DNA of 24,700 nucleotides, from IMG/VR virus record IMGVR_UViG_3300034116_002793, positions 1 through 24,700 of that record; one strand, written 5' to 3'. The notes under the pieces were generated by a model. The model saw only the letters and a program-made list of their open reading frames with translations. It made no database searches and was not told where the DNA came from. A program made the position numbers and the translations under genes. Position 1 is the first letter of the stretch, and the number at the start of each line of letters is the position of its first letter. Source of the DNA: a virus (taxonomy: Duplodnaviria > Caudoviricetes). Shown piece by piece: positions 17,886-24,700 of the stretch.

Positions 17886-20822
17886 TTAGAAACTTGGAAT
17901 AAATCCAGTTGCATCTGAACTTAATGTTCCTCCTACTCTAGTAATAGTAATTCTATTAATGAATTTTTGAATTCCTCTAGGGAAATCTACTCTAATATCA
18001 ATTACTGCTGAATTAGCCGAAATAACTTCTGTTGTATTATTTGAAGAATCAAAGATAACTTCGAATGTAGCAAGACCTTTAGCGTTAACTACTGCATTTA
18101 AGTAATTTTCAACAATTGTTCTTACTCTTAATCTTGTGATCTCATCATTAAAATCAAATAAGAAATTAAATAAGATTTTTTCAATATCTCTTTCAATCGT
18201 AGATAAGTTATCTCTAACGTGTGCATTGTTAAGTGCTGAGTTAATTCTCTGGTATGCAGTATTATTAGAAAATAATATAATTCCAAATCCTCTACGTTTA
18301 ACAGTTAAGTTAAATCCAACCGGCTCTAAATAATCTCTATCATCATCAGTAAGATCATATTCTAATCCAACTATTTCTGGATCACTAAGAGCTCCACGTT
18401 TTCCACCTGCCACAATTAAGAATGGTGTACCATTTTTAAATTTTCTAACATATAAGTTAGAAATATATGCTGCTTGAGGTACTGATATATTTTTACTTCC
18501 GCTTCTTACAATTAAGTTAGGGAAATGGTAAGAAGAGTATGATGATAATGGAACTCCTTTAACATCTTCTTCTGCAAATTTATATAAGAAACTTGGATTT
18601 AAATCTAAATTACCACCTTGTGAAATTAAATTCATAGAAACTAATTTATTGGTACTATCAATAAAACTTGGATCAACTGATCTTTCAAATTGTTGAACAG
18701 AAGGTGCATTTAATAATGCCATCGCTTGGCCATTTACTGCAGCCAATTTAGCTAACTGATATTTAGAAGAAGAAGATATTGTACCTGAGTATGTATCTAC
18801 TACATATCTAAAATCAATTAATTCACCATTTGAAAGAGCTTGTGGGATTAATGTATCTGTAAAAAGATAATCAAGTATTCCGCCAGTTCCTTCTAAACGT
18901 TCAGCTGTTCCATCAGGTAAAGAGTCAACTCTTAATTTAAAAGCTTTTAAGTTTTGGCCTTTTATACTTGAAACAAAATTAGATATTCCTTTATATACAT
19001 TTAATTCATTTCCAGTAACATCTAATCCAGTAACTTCATCAACTGTCGGAGCCATTGTAGTTACTGTATAAATATTAGGTGCAGTTAATGTATCTAATAT
19101 TCTAACTGATATAATCTTCAATGTTCTAGGTCTTCCATCAGTTACCTTTGCTTTAATATAACTATTAACTTTAATATATTCATCAATAATTGATTTATTC
19201 AATGGATTAATTTCTAATGTTAATGCATTCGGTTGAGCAATAGAATAACTTGTAAAAAAGTTAGTATCAGTTAAATCAAAAGTATATTTAAAATCATCAC
19301 CTGAACCTAATACTATTTTTACGTAGTCATCACCTGCACCAAGATAATTATTTGCATTTACTGGAGTAGTTAATCCAATATTTGAATAAACATTAACTCG
19401 AATATATTTAAGTACACCTACAGTTAAAGTATCAACCACTTTAATATAATAAGTATTTGATGCATCTTTAATTAAATCACCAGTCTTTAAGAATCCATTC
19501 ATATATGCATCATAAAGAGCATTTCCTTCCATTGCAGCTAAATAATTAACTGTTCCTGCAACAATATATAAATCATCCATTGCAATAGGATTTCCTAAAA
19601 TTGTTCCAGATAAAAAATTAGATTCAGTATCTGCTCCTGCTGATATAAAAATTAATTCAGAATCTGCAGGTTTAGTATAACTTAATGTATCAATCAATGG
19701 TGTTGGATTAACTTGAGTTACTCCATCGACATCATATCCTCCATTATCTGCATAATAATCTAATTCTTCAAATCCGTGACCTACTGTATCAATTCTATGA
19801 GAATTTACATTAGTATCTGTAAAATTATCTACAGATAAATCAATTAAATCTAATTTTTCAGTATCTAGTGCACATAATATTCCAGTAGTAGGGAAAGCTT
19901 TATTTACTAATCTATCAACTGATACAGTAACTCCGCTTTGATCTCTAAAATCAGGAATTAAACATCCGATTGTACGATTAATTACTTTAATTTCGCGTAG
20001 TGCAAAGAAATCTGCAGATTTTGCTGTTTTTAATCCAGCTTCATCGAAAAATTGTTTGTATATTGGATCTTTTGATAATTTTAAATAATTTGTCCAATCT
20101 CCGTTAATTGCTATAACTTCTACGAAATAATCTGAAATAAAATCATCTTGGTGAACATATTCTGGAAATTCAACTGATCCTCCAGCACTTGCATACCACT
20201 CTTTCGCAGTTACATCAAAACCAGATACATTTGCTTTTCTTACCCATATGGTAGTATTAGATTGACCTAAGTTTACAAATGAAAGAATTTTATTTGATTC
20301 AGCATTAGTTATACCAAATCCTCCAGGAGAAGTAATATAGTCATCGCCTAATCCAATATTCTTAGATTTATTCAATTTATCAGATTCAGCAAACCATAGT
20401 CTCTGCCTATTGAAGAATTCCGTGATCGGCCATTCGTTCGTACCATTATTATTTTTTGCAGCAGATTCAGTATTAAATGTAGTGAATACTGCCTTGTCTA
20501 AATTTGTTAGTGGATTGATTATATCAGTATCTAATGGAATTACATTCATTGCAAATACTGGTCCTTCTCTAAGTGCTACTTCAATTGATCTATGGAAGTA
20601 ACTTCCTGCTTTTTCAAGTTTAGTATCAATTTCTCCAAATACTGCTTTTAATGTTCTTAAGTCATTAATTAATACTACTGTATTAAATGGACCTACTCTG
20701 CTTGATCCTACGATCAAACGACCGGTAGTAAGAGGTAAAACAACATTCTCACTAGCATCAATTTCAACTGTATAAACACCACTAGACTTATAATTATTTA
20801 GGTTTATCCTTGGTTCAGCCAT
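17886..20822 (-). CDS. gp18: Contractile tail sheath protein
   Basis: N-terminal SSGVYTVEID, VGSSRVGPFN, VFG. C-terminal VAGGKRG, DRDYL...N, FNDEITR, VIFDSSNNT.EVI and KFINRIT match the sheath C-terminal domain. Confidence 0.92.
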   Translation of the reverse strand: MAEPRINLNNYKSSGVYTVEIDASENVVLPLTTGRLIVGSSRVGPFNTVVLINDLRTLKAVFGEIDTKLEKAGSYFHRSIEVALREGPVFAMNVIPLDTDIINPLTNLDKAVFTTFNTESAAKNNNGTNEWPITEFFNRQRLWFAESDKLNKSKNIGLGDDYITSPGGFGITNAESNKILSFVNLGQSNTTIWVRKANVSGFDVTAKEWYASAGGSVEFPEYVHQDDFISDYFVEVIAINGDWTNYLKLSKDPIYKQFFDEAGLKTAKSADFFALREIKVINRTIGCLIPDFRDQSGVTVSVDRLVNKAFPTTGILCALDTEKLDLIDLSVDNFTDTNVNSHRIDTVGHGFEELDYYADNGGYDVDGVTQVNPTPLIDTLSYTKPADSELIFISAGADTESNFLSGTILGNPIAMDDLYIVAGTVNYLAAMEGNALYDAYMNGFLKTGDLIKDASNTYYIKVVDTLTVGVLKYIRVNVYSNIGLTTPVNANNYLGAGDDYVKIVLGSGDDFKYTFDLTDTNFFTSYSIAQPNALTLEINPLNKSIIDEYIKVNSYIKAKVTDGRPRTLKIISVRILDTLTAPNIYTVTTMAPTVDEVTGLDVTGNELNVYKGISNFVSSIKGQNLKAFKLRVDSLPDGTAERLEGTGGILDYLFTDTLIPQALSNGELIDFRYVVDTYSGTISSSSKYQLAKLAAVNGQAMALLNAPSVQQFERSVDPSFIDSTNKLVSMNLISQGGNLDLNPSFLYKFAEEDVKGVPLSSYSSYHFPNLIVRSGSKNISVPQAAYISNLYVRKFKNGTPFLIVAGGKRGALSDPEIVGLEYDLTDDDRDYLEPVGFNLTVKRRGFGIILFSNNTAYQRINSALNNAHVRDNLSTIERDIEKILFNFLFDFNDEITRLRVRTIVENYLNAVVNAKGLATFEVIFDSSNNTTEVISANSAVIDIRVDFPRGIQKFINRITITRVGGTLSSDATGFIPSF

Positions 20823-20841
20823 CTCTATGTAGATATTTTTA

Positions 20842-20852
20842 ATTATTTATCT
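20842..20852 (-). promoter_or_regulatory. Putative late promoter AGATAAATAAT for the tail sheath gene
   Basis: ATTATTTATCT on +, 19 nt upstream of the sheath ATG. Confidence 0.65.
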
Positions 20853-20891
20853 AAAATAGTATCAATAAATTTAAAAAAATTGAAAAATTAA

Positions 20892-20919
20892 GATCCTCAG
20901 GTGTATTATTAGTATAATA
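20892..20919 (+). promoter_or_regulatory. Putative early/middle promoter GATC-N16-GTATAATA
   Basis: Variant of the recurring motif, upstream of the dUTPase-polymerase operon. Confidence 0.5.
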
Positions 20920-20937
20920 TAACAAAATACTATAAGA

Positions 20938-21405
20938 ATGGCAAACATCGATAATACTTGTGCCGATCTTACGATCGAAGATCTTTATGCAAAAAGCAGT
21001 GATACTTTAGGGGACATAATGTCAGTCCAAAAAGATACTCAATTAAATGTATATGGGTATGATTTTTCAAAAATGACTCTTAGAGAAGTCATGAATTTTT
21101 GGCATATGAATACCCATGCGTTAATTGATGAGCTGCACGAAGCTACTGATGCACTAGGCGGAATCAGTGACGGTAGTGGAAATGCAATATGGAAATACTG
21201 GAAAGCAGATTTTAGTAAATATGAGAATTTAAAGTTTTCAGATTTGTCAAATAGCGATCAACTTGAATGTAAATTCGAAATTATCGATATTTTACACTTT
21301 TTCATGAATATGGCAATTTCAATTGGAATGACTCCTCAAGAAATGTACAATATGTATATGAGTAAGAATGAGCATAACCGAGAACGTCAAAGAAATGGAT
21401 ATTAA
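20938..21405 (+). CDS. Dimeric all-alpha dUTPase / T4 gp56-like dCTPase-dUTPase
   Basis: ALIDELHE, WKYWK, EIIDILHF, Y..KN..N..RQ.NGY. Confidence 0.88.
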   Translation: MANIDNTCADLTIEDLYAKSSDTLGDIMSVQKDTQLNVYGYDFSKMTLREVMNFWHMNTHALIDELHEATDALGGISDGSGNAIWKYWKADFSKYENLKFSDLSNSDQLECKFEIIDILHFFMNMAISIGMTPQEMYNMYMSKNEHNRERQRNGY

Positions 21406-21418
21406 AAAATAATATATT

Positions 21419-21649
21419 ATGGATAACATTACCCCAAGTGACAATCAACCTAAATTAAATATTAACTTATCAGATGCTCCTTATCTTGAATGTGAAGCAT
21501 GCGAAGGAAGAATATTTGAAGAAAAAATGATGATTAAGAAAGTTTCAAAGTTTATGACTGGGTCAGATCAAGATTCAATAGTTCCTGTTCCAGTAATAGC
21601 GTGTTCAGCATGTGGAAATATTAACGACTTATTTAAACCGAAAGTATGA
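21419..21649 (+). CDS. Small zinc-ribbon protein
   Basis: CEAC...CSAC; the stop overlaps the polymerase start. Confidence 0.75.
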   Translation: MDNITPSDNQPKLNINLSDAPYLECEACEGRIFEEKMMIKKVSKFMTGSDQDSIVPVPVIACSACGNINDLFKPKV

Positions 21650-23067
21650 TAATTGGAGCAGAAGTATTTAATGATAACACACTAGTTATTTCATATTATG
21701 AAGCTAGTGGAAAGATTGGATTTATTAAAAAGAGACTAGCTGATCATGAAATGTATAATTGGGTAGAGTCACAAACTCCGACTGCTACTAAAAATTGGAA
21801 TGGTAAGTTTGTAAAGAAAGGCCAGTCTCAAGGACAATACATGAATCAGTTTAGAGTTCAAGAATTAATCCAAGAGAAACTTACTGCAGAAGAATTAGAA
21901 TTAGTTTATAGTTTTGATAATCTTCCTAAGAAAGTCTATTTAGATATTGAGATTAAATTAATTGATGACTCTTTTCCTGAAGCAGATAAAGCTAGAATGC
22001 CAGTTGGACTTATTTCTTTTTGTAATGAAGAAAATGTAACATATATTCTTTCTATTTTAAATACTGCTGACCAGCCTGATGGGCTGACATCAGATCAAAT
22101 TGTTCAAATGGAAAAGGATGTAAATGCATACTTTAGAAAAACCGTACCTAAGAGACCAGAAGATTCTAAACTATTCAATCAAGATTTTAAAATAAAATAT
22201 AAGTTCTTTAAGAGTGAAGATGAGCTAATGGCTTTTTACTTTCATAAAACTATGCCAACTTTTAATTTTGTAACTGGCTGGAATGTAACTGAGTTTGACT
22301 GGAAGTATTTAATGAATAGAGGCAAGAACCTTAAAATTGATATGATGCAAGAAATGCCATCTAGATCAACTGTCTCTAAAGTTAAAATACCGACTCATTT
22401 AGGCGTACTTGATTATATGCAAGTTTTTGAAAAAATGAAGCCGTATAAAGTTGTAGAAAACTATAAACTTGACTACATTGCAGACATTGTATTAGGTACA
22501 GCTAAGTTGCATCATGACTATGCTTCATTTATGGAATTTCAAAAGGATGTATACTTATTTACTATGTATAACGTAATTGATGTTATCTTAGTAAAACTAA
22601 TTGAAGATAAACTTGCACTATTAGATGTTGCCTTTGCTATGGCAAATGTTGCACAAGTAGATGTAAATAAAGTATTTAGTCCAGTATATATTGCTGAGAT
22701 CTTAATGTGCCGTGAATTCCTAAATAAGAATCAAAAAATGATGAAGCTTCCTTGGGGAGAAGAAGTTATGGATGGTACCTATGCTGGAGCCTATGTAAAA
22801 GATCCAATTCCAGGATATTATAACGCTATTGCATGTTATGATTTCTCTTCAATGTATCCAAATATCCAAATTCAATTTAATATTTCTCCAGATACTTATC
22901 TTGGTAAAACAGATAAAGTAAAGAAGGATGGTACTGAAATACATACAAAAAATGATACTATGTTCTCAAGCAAAGGAGATTCAGTTGCTCGAACAATACT
23001 TACTAGATTATACGATGCTCGTATAAAAACACAAGGTGAAATTAAACAAATTAAAAATTCAAAATAA
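21646..23067 (+). CDS. Family B DNA polymerase, N-terminal subunit (3'-5' exonuclease plus motif A); split gp43-like
   Basis: ExoI YLDIE, ExoII GWNVTEFD, ExoIII YNVIDV, YAGAYVKDP, motif A YDFSSMYPNI. Ends after the first finger helix; no KxxxNSxYG or YGDTDS. Confidence 0.9.
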   Translation: MIIGAEVFNDNTLVISYYEASGKIGFIKKRLADHEMYNWVESQTPTATKNWNGKFVKKGQSQGQYMNQFRVQELIQEKLTAEELELVYSFDNLPKKVYLDIEIKLIDDSFPEADKARMPVGLISFCNEENVTYILSILNTADQPDGLTSDQIVQMEKDVNAYFRKTVPKRPEDSKLFNQDFKIKYKFFKSEDELMAFYFHKTMPTFNFVTGWNVTEFDWKYLMNRGKNLKIDMMQEMPSRSTVSKVKIPTHLGVLDYMQVFEKMKPYKVVENYKLDYIADIVLGTAKLHHDYASFMEFQKDVYLFTMYNVIDVILVKLIEDKLALLDVAFAMANVAQVDVNKVFSPVYIAEILMCREFLNKNQKMMKLPWGEEVMDGTYAGAYVKDPIPGYYNAIACYDFSSMYPNIQIQFNISPDTYLGKTDKVKKDGTEIHTKNDTMFSSKGDSVARTILTRLYDARIKTQGEIKQIKNSK

Positions 23068-23078
23068 ACCCAAATAAT

Positions 23079-23387
23079 ATGACAACAACCGAAGATTTCG
23101 TAAACTGGCTAGAGGGATTTCTAGATGCATGTAAAGATGCTCCAACTACTAGACAAATTAAAGAAGTTAGAAAGAAACTAAGTACAGTACAACAATTGAC
23201 TGAAGAACAATATCAATCTCTTTGGGATCCATCAATGGCTCCACAGTCAACCAAAGCATTTTCTACAATAACTTTAGTACAAGCACAAAAAGATGCAGCT
23301 CACACAAAAAATCCACAAAATGAAGATTTTATCCGTGCTATTGAAGAAGGTAAAAATGCTACAACGATGGAAGAGCTTAATTCCTAA
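23079..23387 (+). CDS. Hypothetical protein
   Basis: 102-aa ORF with an FVNWLEGFL N-terminal motif of a type common in phage hypothetical proteins. Confidence 0.75.
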   Translation: MTTTEDFVNWLEGFLDACKDAPTTRQIKEVRKKLSTVQQLTEEQYQSLWDPSMAPQSTKAFSTITLVQAQKDAAHTKNPQNEDFIRAIEEGKNATTMEELNS

Positions 23388-23403
23388 AAAAAAATATAAT
23401 ATC

Positions 23404-24060
23404 ATGCAATACGATGAAAATAAATTAATCTCCCTAATGGAGAATTTTTCTGGCTCAAAATTTCAATGGATCAAGACAGATCGTCCTGAGTTATTAGGAA
23501 AAGTTGTTACTTGTAGAAATATTGAACCTAGAGGAAATAAATTCTTTGCTGTGTTTGATGATGGATCATCAATCGATACTGCTAATCTTAATAGAAGTCT
23601 TCTTATGATTCATGGAGATATGCAGCCTTTAAGTAAAGCTGAAGTTGAATCTATTTATAGTCCTAGACCGTCAACTGGTGCACCTGTTCAAAATATGACA
23701 GGCCCGATGGGAACAACCGGTGGTCCTGGACCAATTGGTAATATGAATCAGTCTACTCATAATGCTCAACATCAATCTACACCGCAAGCAACAACTAATA
23801 TGTTTGAGATGTTTAATTCTGAAGAGAGTAAAATAGATTTGCAAATATCTATTAAATTACCAGCTCAAGATTTTCTTAAGATGATGTATGTTAATGCAAA
23901 AGAAAAAGATACATTTTTAAATGAATTATCTGAGTACATATTTAAAGTGATAAATAAACAAGTCGTAAAAGATTCAATTTCATCAATTGTAATTCCACAA
24001 GACACTGTTAAACACACTATTTCTGTTCCAATTGTAAATATTACTGAAATCCATGAATAA
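23404..24060 (+). CDS. Hypothetical protein
   Basis: The track start (23293) overlaps the upstream gene; the in-frame ATG at 23404 (MQYDENK) with an A-rich leader is more likely. Two domains joined by a Pro/Gly/Thr/Gln linker. Confidence 0.7.
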   Translation: MQYDENKLISLMENFSGSKFQWIKTDRPELLGKVVTCRNIEPRGNKFFAVFDDGSSIDTANLNRSLLMIHGDMQPLSKAEVESIYSPRPSTGAPVQNMTGPMGTTGGPGPIGNMNQSTHNAQHQSTPQATTNMFEMFNSEESKIDLQISIKLPAQDFLKMMYVNAKEKDTFLNELSEYIFKVINKQVVKDSISSIVIPQDTVKHTISVPIVNITEIHE

Positions 24061-24607
24061 TCAATTTAATTCAACTGAAGAATATTCAGATGACAAATTT
24101 AAAATTTTAAATTTTACTAGTCCAACTGGAGAATTTAAAAGAATTTCATGTTCAAAGGAAGCTATTTGTGTGCTTCCTTTTGATGTTAATGAAAATGACC
24201 AGATAAAAAACGTATACTTAACGAAGTACCATGATTACGTATTAAATGGTCAAAATCATAAGTGTATCACTGCAACATTAGAGCCGGACGAATTTGATAC
24301 TTATCATGAGTCTCTAACTAATTGCATAGATCATGAACTTGGAATTACTGATATTGACATAAATGACTTATTTTATTTAGGGCAGATTCAACATACTATT
24401 CCCTTTACTAAAACATATAAGTGTTATGCAATAAACCTCACTAAGTATAGCGAGGATCCTACTGGGTTTACCCCAAAGATACTTAATCCTGACGAGAGAC
24501 TTCACTCAATAGATAAAGTTAGATTTTCTAGAATTATGAAAGGCGAAATATGTGATTCATTAGCTCTTTCATGTTCTCTTCTATTACTTTCATATATCTC
24601 AGATTAG
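24053..24607 (+). CDS. Nudix-fold protein with a degenerate Nudix box
   Basis: EAICVLPF...VYL...ITATLEPDE...CIDHELGI...LFYLG resembles the ADP-ribose pyrophosphatase layout but lacks REUXEE. Confidence 0.55.
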   Translation: MNNQFNSTEEYSDDKFKILNFTSPTGEFKRISCSKEAICVLPFDVNENDQIKNVYLTKYHDYVLNGQNHKCITATLEPDEFDTYHESLTNCIDHELGITDIDINDLFYLGQIQHTIPFTKTYKCYAINLTKYSEDPTGFTPKILNPDERLHSIDKVRFSRIMKGEICDSLALSCSLLLLSYISD

Positions 24608-24635
24608 AACTTCTACCCATTTTTTTAGTAAAATA
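24607..24635 (+). promoter_or_regulatory. Putative early/middle promoter GAAC-N17-GTAAAATA
   Basis: Recurring motif, 18 nt upstream of the ATG at 24654. Confidence 0.5.
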
Positions 24636-24653
24636 TAATAAAAATTGACAATT

Positions 24654-24700
24654 ATGGCAAAATCTACAAATGCTGCAATCAATGCATTTAACAAATTCAA
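24654..24700 (+). CDS. Start of the next gene (partial)
   Basis: ATG 24654, MAKSTNAAINAFNKF..., open to the window edge. Confidence 0.55.
   Translation, partial: MAKSTNAAINAFNKF

Noticed and set aside
18136-20601. Two short plus-strand ORFs (18136-18333 and 20410-20601)
   Set aside because: Antisense shadows of the tail sheath gene.
23065-23387. Stop-codon recoding, frameshift or split intein as explanations for the short polymerase
   Set aside because: The stop is TAA, long genes are intact under the standard code, I saw no motif B or C downstream, and no intein-like sequence is present.
23293-23403. N-terminal extension of the 255-aa ORF
   Set aside because: Overlaps the upstream gene by 95 nt; the ATG at 23404 has the typical A-rich leader.

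Overview
AT-rich, gene-dense segment of a large T4-like (myovirus, probably jumbo) phage genome, translated with the standard code. It carries core phage genes: a gp55-like late sigma factor, gp32-like SSB, T4 RNase H-like nuclease, tail sheath, a partial baseplate-like protein, a dimeric dUTPase/gp56-like enzyme and a family B DNA polymerase. It also carries host-like genes: GroEL, GroES, a ribosomal protein S1-like protein, an Hc1 histone H1-like protein, UvsE, and nrdB/nrdA. A-rich starts without Shine-Dalgarno motifs and Bacteroidota-like genes suggest a Bacteroidota host (inference). The main points of interest are: (1) the polymerase gene stops before motifs B and C, with no partner half in the window (split PolB); (2) two recurring promoter-like motifs, RAAC-N16/17-GTANAATA and AGATAAATAAT; (3) an ORF-free, repeat-containing divergence region that may be an origin; (4) a late-promoter operon of two proteins with T4 capsid-targeting-like N-termini, one a HEXXH metalloprotease; (5) an all-Glu (class Id-like) RNR beta subunit, separated from nrdA by an inserted small ORF. 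All family calls come from motif recognition by eye; no database searches were run.
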